DNA from: an uncultured Alistipes sp.
GTDB taxonomy: Bacteria > Bacteroidota > Bacteroidia > Bacteroidales > Rikenellaceae
Length of the DNA: 64,000 bases
NCBI GenBank assembly: GCA_944321755.1
Contig: CALUMM010000002.1
Location: 8,674 to 72,673, forward strand
Direction of reading: 5' to 3'
The translations under genes were made by a program, and so were the position numbers. Positions 28,302 to 38,038 of this stretch are shown piece after piece; the first letter of the stretch is position 1; every line of letters starts with the position of its first letter. A model generated the notes under the pieces. It saw nothing but the letters and a program-made list of their open reading frames with translations. It made no database searches and had not been told where the DNA came from.

Positions 28302-28775
28302 CTAATCCTCGATGAAATCGATGTTGACCTCGCGCTGGAAAACCTCCTGCAGCGAGATGTTCGTCTCGGTGGTGGAGATGCCCTGAATGCGCAGAATCCC
28401 ATCGAAAATCGTGTGCATCAGGTGCTCGTTGTCCACGCAGTAGAGTTTCACGAGGATATTCCCCTTGCCCGTAATGTAGTGGCACTCGACGATTTCGTCG
28501 ACCTTCTTCAGCTCCTCGACCGTCCGGGCCTGCAACTGCGGGTCCTTGAGCATGATGCTGATGTAGGCACAGACGTCGAAACCCATCACCTTGGGGTCCA
28601 CGATCAGGCGGCTGCCCAGGATGACACCCGCTTCGTCGAGTTTGCGGATGCGCTGGTGGATGGCCGCACCCGAAATGCCGCACTCCCGGGCGATCTCCAG
28701 GAACGGCATACGTGCATTCTTGATGAGGTACTTGAGGATCTTGCGGTCGATCGCATCCAATGCGGTTTTAGCCAT
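28302..28775 (-). CDS. asnC: Lrp/AsnC-family transcriptional regulator
   Basis: LDAIDRKIL...ARMPFLEIARECGISGAAIHQRI HTH and ECHYITG. Confidence 0.85.
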   Translation of the reverse strand: MAKTALDAIDRKILKYLIKNARMPFLEIARECGISGAAIHQRIRKLDEAGVILGSRLIVDPKVMGFDVCAYISIMLKDPQLQARTVEELKKVDEIVECHYITGKGNILVKLYCVDNEHLMHTIFDGILRIQGISTTETNISLQEVFQREVNIDFIED

Positions 28776-28789
28776 GTCTCTAAGTTATT

Positions 28790-29977
28790 TTATTTGAGAA
28801 CGTTCAACTCCTTGCCGATCTTCGTGAAGGCGGCAATGCAGCGGTCGAGCTGTTCGAAGGTGTGGCCTGCGGAGACCTGAACCCGGATGCGGGCCTGGCC
28901 CTTCGGAACGACCGGATAGTAGAATCCCGTGACGAAAATGCCCTCGTCCTGCAGTTTCGCGGCGAAGTCCTGCGACAACTTGGCGTCGTAGAGCATCACG
29001 GCACAGATCGCCGACTGCGTGGGTTTGATGTCGAACCCGGCGGACATCATCCCGGCCCGGAAGTGCTCGACATTGGCCACCAGACGGTCGTGCAGTTCGT
29101 TGCTTTCGGCCAGCATCCTGAACATCTCGATCCCGGCCCCCACGACGGCGGGCGGCAGCGAATTCGAGAAGAGGTAGGGTCGCGAACGCTGGCGCAGCAT
29201 GTCAATGATCTCCTTGCGGCCGGTGGTGAATCCGCCCACGGCGCCGCCGAAGGCCTTGCCCAGCGTACCGGTCAGGATGTCGACCTGCCCGCGGAGGTTG
29301 TAGAGTTCGGTGATGCCGCGGCCCGTCTTGCCCAGCACACCGGCCGAATGGCACTCGTCGACCATCACCAGGGCGTCGTACTGCTCGGCCAGGGCGCAGA
29401 TCTTGTCCAGTGGTGCGGCGTTGCCATCCATCGAGAAGACGCCGTCGGTGCAGATGATGCGGAAACGCTGCGCCTGGGCCTTTTTGAGGCACTCCTCCAG
29501 GTCGGCCATGTCGGCATTGGCATAGCGGTAGCGCACGGCCTTGCAGAGGCGCACGCCGTCGATGATCGAGGCGTGGTTCAGGGCGTCGGAGATGATGGCG
29601 TCCTCCTCGGTGAAGAGGGGTTCGAAGACGCCGCCGTTGGCATCGAAGCAGGCGGCATAAAGGATCGTGTCCTCGGTTCCGAAGTAGTCCGAAACGGCCT
29701 TTTCAAGCTCCTTGTGGATGTCCTGGCAGCCGCAGATGAAGCGCACGGAGGACATGCCGTAACCGCGGGCATCCATGGCACGTTTGGCGGCCTCGATGAG
29801 ACGGGGATTGTCCGAAAGTCCGAGGTAATTGTTGGCGCAGAAGTTCAGAACCTTCCGACCTGCAACCTCGATCTCGGCACGCTGGGGCGACGAGATGATC
29901 CGTTCGTGCTTGTAAAGCCCTGCAGCCTCGATTTCGGCGAGTTCATGTTGCAGATGCTCCTTGATTTTTCCGTACAT
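28790..29977 (-). CDS. kbl: Glycine C-acetyltransferase (2-amino-3-ketobutyrate CoA ligase)
   Basis: NFCANNYLGL, SVRFICG, GTLGKA and RQRSRPYLFSN motifs. Confidence 0.95.
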   Translation of the reverse strand: MYGKIKEHLQHELAEIEAAGLYKHERIISSPQRAEIEVAGRKVLNFCANNYLGLSDNPRLIEAAKRAMDARGYGMSSVRFICGCQDIHKELEKAVSDYFGTEDTILYAACFDANGGVFEPLFTEEDAIISDALNHASIIDGVRLCKAVRYRYANADMADLEECLKKAQAQRFRIICTDGVFSMDGNAAPLDKICALAEQYDALVMVDECHSAGVLGKTGRGITELYNLRGQVDILTGTLGKAFGGAVGGFTTGRKEIIDMLRQRSRPYLFSNSLPPAVVGAGIEMFRMLAESNELHDRLVANVEHFRAGMMSAGFDIKPTQSAICAVMLYDAKLSQDFAAKLQDEGIFVTGFYYPVVPKGQARIRVQVSAGHTFEQLDRCIAAFTKIGKELNVLK

Positions 29978-30393
29978 ATCGCGTTAATGTTTTGATGAAT
30001 TTCCAGTTATCGGGCTATCAATCTGTTACAAATATACGACAATTTTCCGAAAACAGACATCCGCCGACATTTATTTTTCGCACCCGGGATTACAATTTGT
30101 CAGTCCCGGCTAAGAGCCGGGTTTTATGGGCTGCTGAACCCGCGAATGGTTTCCGAAGCATTTTCGTGCTTCGACCGTCGGGAGCGGTGATTGGTTTCCG
30201 ATCCTTTCCACATTCCAAGGCGGGCGCACTCTCGTTTTTCGCGAAAAAAGAATCTTCGGAAATCCTCGCTGAACGGGTGCAGTAAGATCCGGCCTTTACA
30301 GCCTCCCGTTCCGGGCGCTCGGAATTCCGAAGATTCCCGCGAAAGCGACTTGCGGCTGGTTTTGGTGGCACCTTTTGACACCAAAAGGTGCCG

Positions 30394-30557
30394 CCGGTTT
30401 AAGAAACCGGTTTTAGGGGCTGCTGAACCTTTAGTAGTTCCCGCAGCGTAAATCCGCCCGGTTTAAGAAACCAGTTTTAGGGACTGCTGAACCTTTAGTG
30501 GTTCCCGCAGCGTGAATCCGCCCGGTTTAAGAAACCAGTTTTAGGGGCTGCTGAACC
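30394..30557 (+). repeat. 64-bp tandem repeat (about 2.5 copies) with internal palindrome
   Basis: Units start at 30394, 30458 and 30522 with ccggtttaagaaacc(g/a)gttttaggg...gctgaacc. Confidence 0.85.
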
Positions 30558-30686
30558 CGCGAATGGTTTTCGAAGCATTTCCGCGCCTCGAACGTCGAGT
30601 GCGCAGAACATTTTTCACCCTTACCTACACGCTTGTTCCAAAAAAATTTTATATCTTTGTTATTCAATCAATCATCTTTGCGACTT

Positions 30687-31715
30687 ATGAAAAAATCGTG
30701 TGTCTTGGTGAGCGGCGGAGCCGGTTACATCGGTTCGCACACCACCGTGGAACTTATCAATGCCGGTTACGACGTCGTCATCGTCGACAACTTCTCCAAC
30801 AGCGACATGGGCGCTGTCGAGGGCGTGCGCAAGATCACCGGCGTGGATATCCCCTTCGTTCAGGTCGACTGCTGCGACCGCGAAGCCTTCCGCAAGGTTT
30901 TCGAACAGTATGAATTCGATTCGGTGATCCACTTCGCCGCCTCGAAGGCCGTCGGCGAGTCGGTTCAGAAACCCCTCGAATACTACGGCAACAACCTCAC
31001 GTCATTCATGAACGTCATCTCGCTGATGCGCGAGTTCGGACGCCAGAACATCGTCTTCTCGTCGTCGTGCACCGTCTACGGCGAGCCCGAGAAGCAGCCC
31101 GTCACGGAGCAGACGCCCCGCAAACCGGCCACCTCGCCCTACGGCAACACGAAGCAGATGTGCGAAGACATCCTGCGCGACTCGCTGGCCGCCTATCCCG
31201 GGCTGAAGGGTATCGCCCTGCGCTACTTCAACCCCATCGGCGCCCACCCGTCGGCCATGATCGGCGAACTGCCGCGCGGCGTGCCGCAGAACCTCGTGCC
31301 CTACATCACGCAGACGGCCGCCGGAATCCGCGAATGCCTCTCGGTGTTCGGTGACGACTACCCGACGCCCGACGGTTCGTGCATCCGCGACTACATCGAC
31401 GTTGTGGACCTGGCCCGCGCCCACGTGGCCGCCATCCGCCGCATGATCGAGGACAAGAACAAGACTCCCTACGAGATCTTCAACGTCGGAACGGGCCGCG
31501 GAGTCTCGGTGCTGGAGTTGGTCCGCAAGTTCGAGGAGGTCAACCACCTGAAGCTCAACTACAAGATCGCACCGCGCCGCGAGGGCGACATCATTGCCAT
31601 CTGGGCCGACCCGACGCTGGCCAATACCGAATTGGGCTGGAAGGCCGAGCGCACGCTCGACGAGACGCTGGCTGCCGCCTGGGCCTGGGAGAAGCACCTC
31701 CGGGGCATGAAATAA
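30687..31715 (+). CDS. galE: UDP-glucose 4-epimerase
   Basis: GGAGYIGSHT, HFAASKAVGES, YGNTK and LRYFNP motifs. Confidence 0.95.
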   Translation: MKKSCVLVSGGAGYIGSHTTVELINAGYDVVIVDNFSNSDMGAVEGVRKITGVDIPFVQVDCCDREAFRKVFEQYEFDSVIHFAASKAVGESVQKPLEYYGNNLTSFMNVISLMREFGRQNIVFSSSCTVYGEPEKQPVTEQTPRKPATSPYGNTKQMCEDILRDSLAAYPGLKGIALRYFNPIGAHPSAMIGELPRGVPQNLVPYITQTAAGIRECLSVFGDDYPTPDGSCIRDYIDVVDLARAHVAAIRRMIEDKNKTPYEIFNVGTGRGVSVLELVRKFEEVNHLKLNYKIAPRREGDIIAIWADPTLANTELGWKAERTLDETLAAAWAWEKHLRGMK

Positions 31716-31729
31716 AGGTCTCAGGAACT

Positions 31730-31770
31730 GAAAAAACGGGGGAGGCGTGTTGTCGCTTCCCCGTTTTTTC
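31730..31770 (+). terminator. Intrinsic terminator after galE
   Basis: gaaaaaacgggggaggcg ... cgcttccccgttttttc. Confidence 0.75.
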
Positions 31771-31925
31771 GTGTAAAAGGGTGATTCCGGGCGTTTTTCG
31801 GGTCGCGAAGTTTCTTTTTTCGATCCAAATGCTTATCTTTGCACCCCGAACAGGCGGAAATGGGATGCGACCCGCCGAGGCCGCATTGAGAACCGCCGCA
31901 GGTAACACTAAAAAACACAAACACC

Positions 31926-32498
31926 ATGAAAACCATTTCGGTAAAGGCCACCAAACGTGCCGAGTTCGGCAAGAAGGCCGCCAAAGCCGTGCGCCGCGAG
32001 GGTTTGGTACCCTGCGTACTGTGCGGAAACGGCGAAACGGAGATGTTCTCCGTAGACCCGCGTGAGGTCAAACCCCTGATCTACACCCCCAACTCCTACA
32101 TCGTCGAGTTCGACCTTGAGGGCAAGAAGGAGCTCGCCGTACTGCGCGAGGCTCAGTTCCACCCCGTTCGTGAGGAGATCCTCCACATGGATTTCTACCG
32201 CATCGCTGCCGGGAAACCCGTTTCGATCGCCATTCCGGTACGCCTGACCGGCAACGCCGAGGGTGTGAAGGTCGGCGGTAAGCTCGTGCTGTCGGCCCGC
32301 AAGCTGACCGTGAGCGCCCTGGTCGAGAACCTCCCCGACGAGATTGTCGTCGACGTGACGACGCTCGGCGTAGGCAAGACGATCTTCGTCGGCGACCTGC
32401 AGTTCGAGAACCTGAAGTTCGTGACCCCGGCTACGACGGCCGTCTGCGCCGTTCGCGTAACCCGTGCATCGCGCGGTGCCGAGGCTGCCGGCAAATAG
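31926..32498 (+). CDS. rplY: 50S ribosomal protein L25/CTC
   Basis: RREGLVPCVL, QFHPV..ILHMDF and GVKVGG motifs; TATCTTTG promoter element at 31834-31841. Confidence 0.95.
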   Translation: MKTISVKATKRAEFGKKAAKAVRREGLVPCVLCGNGETEMFSVDPREVKPLIYTPNSYIVEFDLEGKKELAVLREAQFHPVREEILHMDFYRIAAGKPVSIAIPVRLTGNAEGVKVGGKLVLSARKLTVSALVENLPDEIVVDVTTLGVGKTIFVGDLQFENLKFVTPATTAVCAVRVTRASRGAEAAGK

Positions 32499-32511
32499 TC
32501 GCTGAACCGGC

Positions 32512-33075
32512 ATGAAATACCTCATTGTTGGGCTCGGGAACATCGGCGCCGAGTACGCCGGAACCCGCCACAACATCGGTTTCAAAGTGTTGGACGCCCT
32601 TGCAGAGGCGTCCAACGCTGTTTTTACCACGGCACGCTACGGTGATGTGGCCGAGGTCCGCTACAAGGGCCGCACGCTTCTCCTGTTGAAGCCCTCGACC
32701 TACATGAACCTCTCGGGAAAGGCCGTGCGCTACTGGCTGGATGCCGAAAAGATCGACCGGGAGAACCTCCTGGTCATTTCGGACGACATCGCACTGCCGT
32801 TCGGGGCCCTGCGCCTGCGCCCCAAAGGGAGTGCCGGAGGCCACAACGGTCTGAAAAACATCGCCGAGCTGCTGGGCACCGAGGAGTATGCCCGGATGCG
32901 TTTCGGTGTGGGCGGCGATTTCCCGAAAGGGCATCAGGTCGACTACGTGCTGGGCGAGTGGACCGACGAGGAGCGGCAGGCGATGCCCGAACGGTTGAAG
33001 GTCTTTGTCGACGCCATCCGATCGTTTGTCACCCAGGGCTGCGCCATGACGATGAACTTTTTCAACAAGAAATAA
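32512..33075 (+). CDS. pth: Peptidyl-tRNA hydrolase
   Basis: [24 protein letters not shown] and GGHNGLK motifs. Confidence 0.97.
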   Translation: MKYLIVGLGNIGAEYAGTRHNIGFKVLDALAEASNAVFTTARYGDVAEVRYKGRTLLLLKPSTYMNLSGKAVRYWLDAEKIDRENLLVISDDIALPFGALRLRPKGSAGGHNGLKNIAELLGTEEYARMRFGVGGDFPKGHQVDYVLGEWTDEERQAMPERLKVFVDAIRSFVTQGCAMTMNFFNKK

Positions 33076-33091
33076 CCCGTACATGCAAACG

Positions 33092-33125
33092 CGAAGGCCG
33101 CCTCCACAGATGGAGGCGGCCTTCG
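33092..33125. terminator. Perfect 15-bp stem-loop between convergent pth and hslR
   Basis: cgaaggccgcctcca-caga-tggaggcggccttcg. Confidence 0.75.
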
Positions 33126-33168
33126 TATTTTCGGGAAAGACCGAGAGGAAGAGAGGCAAAGGGGCAGG

Positions 33169-33564
33169 TTACTCCTCGTCGTCGTAATAGAGGTCGTCCA
33201 TGAGCGTATCGAGTTCGCGCCGCTCCTTCTTGGTGGGGCGTCCCGTCCCGCGGTCGCGGAAGACGAAGATCGTCTCGCGCGGAACGTTGAGTTTGTCCAG
33301 CTCCTCCTGCGGCGTAATGTTGAGGCAGTAGGCGGGGACATTCTTGGCCGGTTGACGGCTCGATACCAGGTCGAGGACCTTGTAGGAGTAGGTCACCTGC
33401 TGCTTCCGCACGGCGATCACGTCGCCGATCTTCACCTCACGCGACGGTTTGGCATAGGAGCCGTTCACGGTGACTTTGTTGGTGCGGATGGCATCGGCGG
33501 CATCGCTTCGGGTCTTGAAGACCCGCACGGCCCACAGGTATTTGTCCAAACGAATATCTTCCAT
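33169..33564 (-). CDS. hslR: S4-domain RNA-binding protein (Hsp15)
   Basis: RLDKYLWAVRVFKTRS and GRPTKKERR motifs; start MEDIRL at 33564. Confidence 0.9.
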   Translation of the reverse strand: MEDIRLDKYLWAVRVFKTRSDAADAIRTNKVTVNGSYAKPSREVKIGDVIAVRKQQVTYSYKVLDLVSSRQPAKNVPAYCLNITPQEELDKLNVPRETIFVFRDRGTGRPTKKERRELDTLMDDLYYDDEE

Positions 33565-33625
33565 GATATGATATATAGGATTATTCCTTTTACTAATCAT
33601 ATACCGACCGCCGGAGTGTTTCCGG

Positions 33626-33832
33626 CCGCCGTTGCTCGCGGCCCGTGGCCGCGTATGCAAATCTGACCCACCCCCAAACCCCCGCCTCAGGCAGGGAAAA
33701 GGCCGAAGGTACGATCCCGACCTGAACTGCGGCGTCTCACCGGTAGGGAAAGCACCGACCGCCGTTGCTCGCGGCCCGTGGCCGCGTATCCAAATCTACC
33801 CTCCCCTAAATCCCCTCCGCGGAGGGGACTTT
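33626..33832 (+). repeat. Intergenic direct repeats followed by REP-like hairpins
   Basis: ccgccgttgctcgcggcccgtggccgcgtat(g/c)caaatct at 33626 and 33759; tcccctccgcggagggga palindrome. Confidence 0.7.
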
Positions 33833-33985
33833 ATGTGGAAACCTTTTCCGGGAAATGGAAGGTCGAAACTATCAGACCGCCAGTTTTCCTTAATTCCTCA
33901 TTTTCAATTCTCAATTTTGGAAAACCAAAGCCTTCAGACCGCCGTTATCCCCAAATTTTCAATTCCCAATTTTCAATTCTCCATT

Positions 33986-35410
33986 CTACTCGTTGATCTG
34001 CAGTTCCTCGCTCTTCGGGCGGTCGTGCGACTGCTCGTCGTTCTGGCGGCTCACGCTCAGGATCATCCCCAGCGCGATGGTCGTAAAGAGCACCGACGAG
34101 CCGCCGCGTGAGATAAGCGGCAGAGTCTGTCCCGTCTCGGGGATCAGGTTCACCGTCACCATGATGTGCAGCAGGGCCTGACACGTGATCAACAGTGCCA
34201 ATCCCAGGACCAGCAGCCCCGGGAAGGCCGTTCCGCAGCGGCGGAAAATCTCGATCGCCCGGAAGAAGATCCACAGGTAGAGCATCAGCAGCAGCACGGC
34301 CAGAATGATGCCGTACTCCTCGACGAAGAAGGCGTAGGCGTAGTCGCTCTCGGGGTGGATCATCTCCACGCGCATGGCGCTCTGACCGGCCCCTTCGCCG
34401 AAGATTCCGCCGTTGTGGATGGCGATCATCGAACGTTCGGTATCGGTGAGGTGTTCGATGGGTTTTTCGGTCTGGGGCTGCGTCCAGAGGTGGATCCAGG
34501 TCGAGACACGGCCTTCGGCTGTTTCGCTGCGCCCGAGGTTGAGCGTCATGATGAGCACAACCCCGACGACGGCCCACCCCACGAGTTTCATCAGTTCGCT
34601 GAAGCGCACCCGTCCGATAAGCATCATCACCCAGGAGGCCAGGAAAACCAGCACGGCCGACGAGGTGTGTGCGGGGAAGATCACCAGGCACGATACCAGC
34701 ACGGGCATCAGAATGGGCCAGGTTCCTTCGCGCCAGATCTTCCGCTGGAGGGCCGAGGAGCGCCAGGTCCAGAATTTCCAGGTCGGGACGATCCGGATCC
34801 GGTCGATTTTCGACTGGCGGCCGGCCAGCTGCCGGGCCAGGAAGAGCACCGTGGCGACCTTCAGCGCCTCGGAAGGCTGGAACTGGAAGGGTCCCAGCGG
34901 GATCCAGCGTGCGGCCCCGTTGGTTGTCGCGCCGATAAAGTAGACGGCCAGGGTCAGGGCTACCGAAAGGAAGTAGATCGGCCGGGAAAAGAGGTTGTAG
35001 ATGCGGCAGTTGATCTTCTGCACGGCGACCATGATGACGAGGCTGAAGCCCAGAATCATCAGCTGCTGCCGCAGGAAATGGGCCGTCGAACGGGCCGTAT
35101 GGGCGTCATAGGCCATTTTGGCCGTCGAGGAGTAGACCACCAGCACCGAAATCACGGCCAGGGCGGCGATGATGATCCAAAGGACCCGGTCGCCGGTAAA
35201 GATCCTGAACCGCGGTTTCTCGGGCTCCGCGGCAGCCGCGGCAGCCGCTCCGGCGCGCGCGGTCCGAGGCGCCGGGTCCGGGCCTTCGGAGGCACCGTCC
35301 GCGGGTTCGGAAACCTCACTGCGCCCCATCTGGCGACCGTGGCGCGGCGCGGCATCGCGGGCCCATTCGGCCGCGGTCCGTTCATCGTATCCGGCTCCGT
35401 CGCGCACCAT
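33986..35410 (-). CDS. ftsW: Cell division protein FtsW
   Basis: NGAARW, FQPSE..K, SDYAYA and GQTLPLISRGGSS motifs; follows murD. Confidence 0.9.
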   Translation of the reverse strand: MVRDGAGYDERTAAEWARDAAPRHGRQMGRSEVSEPADGASEGPDPAPRTARAGAAAAAAAEPEKPRFRIFTGDRVLWIIIAALAVISVLVVYSSTAKMAYDAHTARSTAHFLRQQLMILGFSLVIMVAVQKINCRIYNLFSRPIYFLSVALTLAVYFIGATTNGAARWIPLGPFQFQPSEALKVATVLFLARQLAGRQSKIDRIRIVPTWKFWTWRSSALQRKIWREGTWPILMPVLVSCLVIFPAHTSSAVLVFLASWVMMLIGRVRFSELMKLVGWAVVGVVLIMTLNLGRSETAEGRVSTWIHLWTQPQTEKPIEHLTDTERSMIAIHNGGIFGEGAGQSAMRVEMIHPESDYAYAFFVEEYGIILAVLLLMLYLWIFFRAIEIFRRCGTAFPGLLVLGLALLITCQALLHIMVTVNLIPETGQTLPLISRGGSSVLFTTIALGMILSVSRQNDEQSHDRPKSEELQINE

Positions 35411-35413
35411 CTT

Positions 35414-36763
35414 CTAAGCGTGTCTCCGGACCCACTCCTTGAAGAGTTCGCCGCGGTTTTCGTAATTCTTGAAGAGATCGAAGCTGGCGCAGGCCGGCGA
35501 CAGGAGCACGGCGTCGCCCGGGCGTGCCGCGGCCTTGCAGGCCTCCATCGCGGCGTCGAGCGACGCCGTCGAAACGATCTGCGGAACCACGCCCGTAAAC
35601 TCGCGCACGAGTTTCTCGTTGTCCAGCCCCATGCAGACCAGCGTATGGACCTTTTCACGGGCGAAGGCCTTCAGGGGCTCGTAGTCGTTGCCCTTGTCGG
35701 TGCCGCCGGCGATCCACACCACCGGGCGCGTCATGCTCTCCAGCGCATAGTAGACCGAGTCGACGTTCGTGGCCTTCGAGTCGTTGATCCACAGCACGCC
35801 GTCCTTTTCGAGCACCGGTTCGAGGCGGTGCTCGACGGGCGCGAAGTCGTAGAGCGAGCGGCGGATCCGCACGGGATCGACCCCGGCGGCCAGTGCCGCG
35901 AGCGCCGCGGCCATGGCGTTGTAGGCGTTGTGCAGCCCCTTGATCTGCAGCTTCGAGGTGTCGATCTCGACCGACGCCTTCCCGGCCGTCGCCGTGAACA
36001 CGCCGTCGCACAGGAAGGCGTCACCGGAGCTGCTCGCCACGGCGCTGTGGGCCATGAATGGCAGCTGACGCATCCGCAGGTCGTATTTCGGGAGCTGCTC
36101 GCGGATCACCTCGTCGTCGCCCGAGTAGACGAACCAGTCGCGCGAGGTCATGTTTTGCGTGATGCGCATCTTGGCGTCGACGTAGTTCTGGAAGCAGTGG
36201 TCGTAGCGGTCGAGGTGGTCGGGCGTGATGTTCATCAGCACGCCGATGTGGGCCCGGAAGCGGAACATGCCGTCGAGCTGGAACGAGCTCAGCTCCAGGA
36301 CGTACCAGTCGTATGCGCCCGTAGCCACGGAATAGGCGAAGCTCTCGCCGATGTTGCCCCCGAGGGCCACGTTGTAACCCGCGTCGCGCAGGATCTTGTA
36401 GACGATCGACGTGGTGGTGGTCTTTCCGTTCGAGCCGGTGATGCAGATGCACTTCGCGCGGCCCATGTAGCGGCCCGCGAACTCGATCTCCGAGATCACC
36501 GGAATGCCCGCCTCGCGCACCCGCCGCACGATGGGCGCCGTGTCGGGGATGCCCGGGGACTTGACGACCTCCGTGGCGGCAAGGATGCGCTCCTCGGTGT
36601 GTCCGCCCTCCTCGTAGGGCACCTCCCACTCGTCGAGTTTCGAACGGAAGCGTTCGGCAATCTTTCCGGCATCGGAGAGAAAGACCCCGAAGCCCTTCTT
36701 TTTGGCGAGGATCGCGGAGCCGTAGCCGCTGATGCCGCCGCCGAGTACGACGATGTTTTTCAT
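35414..36763 (-). CDS. murD: UDP-MurNAc-L-Ala:D-Glu ligase
   Basis: ITGSNGKTTT, ELSSFQL, NDSKATN and LSPACASFD motifs. Confidence 0.97.
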   Translation of the reverse strand: MKNIVVLGGGISGYGSAILAKKKGFGVFLSDAGKIAERFRSKLDEWEVPYEEGGHTEERILAATEVVKSPGIPDTAPIVRRVREAGIPVISEIEFAGRYMGRAKCICITGSNGKTTTTSIVYKILRDAGYNVALGGNIGESFAYSVATGAYDWYVLELSSFQLDGMFRFRAHIGVLMNITPDHLDRYDHCFQNYVDAKMRITQNMTSRDWFVYSGDDEVIREQLPKYDLRMRQLPFMAHSAVASSSGDAFLCDGVFTATAGKASVEIDTSKLQIKGLHNAYNAMAAALAALAAGVDPVRIRRSLYDFAPVEHRLEPVLEKDGVLWINDSKATNVDSVYYALESMTRPVVWIAGGTDKGNDYEPLKAFAREKVHTLVCMGLDNEKLVREFTGVVPQIVSTASLDAAMEACKAAARPGDAVLLSPACASFDLFKNYENRGELFKEWVRRHA

Positions 36764-36764
36764 A

Positions 36765-38009
36765 TTATCGAATCTTCAACGTGACCAACGTAATGGCCGC
36801 CAGCAGCAGCGAAATGATCCAGAAACGGATGACGATCTTCGTTTCGAAAATCCCCTTTTTCTGGTAGTGGTGGTGGATCGGCGACATGAGCAGGATGCGG
36901 CGTCCCTCGCCGTACTTGCGTTTGGTGTACTTGAACCAGCCGACCTGCATCATCACCGAGAAGCTCTCGACGAGGAAGACCCCGCAGAGGATCGGCAGCA
37001 GCAGCTCCTTGCGGATGCAGAGGGCGAAGACGGCAATCACGCCGCCGATCGAGAGCGAACCGGTATCGCCCATGAAGATCTGCGCCGGGAAGGAGTTGTA
37101 CCAGAGGAATCCGACCAGCGCACCCACGAGTGCCGCGGCGAAGACCACCAGTTCGCCGCTGTCGGGGATGTACATGATGTTGAGGTAGTCGGCGTAGACG
37201 ATGTGCCCGGAGAGGTAGGCCAGCACGCCCAGCACCGCGACGATCGGCACCGAGACGCCCGTAGCCAGGCCGTCGAGTCCGTCCGTGAGGTTCGCGCCGT
37301 TCGAGACGGCCGTGACGACGAAGATCGCCACCAGCACGTAGAGCAGCCAGGTGGCCGTTTCGCTGCCACCCGTGAGCCAGCCGTAGTCGAACTCGTTGTT
37401 CTTGACGAAGGGGATGGTCGTCTGCGTGGTTTTGCGGCTCTCGGAGCTGAGGACCACGTTGCGCTGCACGCTTCCGATCACCGTGCCGTCCGCATCCGTA
37501 TAGACCGTCTGCACGGGCTGCGTCGTCTTTTCGCGGACCACGATGTCGGGCGAGAGCCACATGGTCGTCCCGACGATGATGCCCAGCCCGACCTGTCCCA
37601 CGACCTTGAAGCGCCCCTTGAGCCCCTCCTTGCGGTGGCGGAAGACCTTGATGTAGTCGTCCAGTCCGCCGATGAACCCCAGCCAGACGGTCGAAACCAG
37701 CATCAGCTGCACGTAGATGTTGTCGAGTTTTCCGACGAGCAGCATCGGAACCAGAATGGCCACGAGGATGATCACTCCGCCCATCGTCGGGGTGCCCTTT
37801 TTCTGGAGCTGGCCCTGGAGTCCGAGGTCGCGGATCTCCTCGCCGATCTGCTTGCGGCGCAGGAAGTCGATGATCCGCCGCCCGAAGATGATGACGATCA
37901 GCAGCGAGAGGATGATCGCCGCCGCGGCGCGGAACGAAATGTACTGGAACATGCCCGAACCGGGCAGGTCGTAGGCTTCGTCCAGATACTTGAAAAGATG
38001 GTAAAGCAT
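36765..38009 (-). CDS. mraY: Phospho-MurNAc-pentapeptide transferase
   Basis: [23 protein letters not shown] and PIHHH motifs. Confidence 0.97.
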   Translation of the reverse strand: MLYHLFKYLDEAYDLPGSGMFQYISFRAAAAIILSLLIVIIFGRRIIDFLRRKQIGEEIRDLGLQGQLQKKGTPTMGGVIILVAILVPMLLVGKLDNIYVQLMLVSTVWLGFIGGLDDYIKVFRHRKEGLKGRFKVVGQVGLGIIVGTTMWLSPDIVVREKTTQPVQTVYTDADGTVIGSVQRNVVLSSESRKTTQTTIPFVKNNEFDYGWLTGGSETATWLLYVLVAIFVVTAVSNGANLTDGLDGLATGVSVPIVAVLGVLAYLSGHIVYADYLNIMYIPDSGELVVFAAALVGALVGFLWYNSFPAQIFMGDTGSLSIGGVIAVFALCIRKELLLPILCGVFLVESFSVMMQVGWFKYTKRKYGEGRRILLMSPIHHHYQKKGIFETKIVIRFWIISLLLAAITLVTLKIR

Positions 38010-38038
38010 GTCTGCGTATGGGAATTAGAAATCGATTG

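Noticed and set aside
30394-30557. Possible CRISPR array (36-bp partly palindromic repeat with 28-bp intervals)
   Set aside because: The two intervening segments are near-identical rather than unique spacers, and there are no cas genes in the window. It is better described as a tandem repeat.
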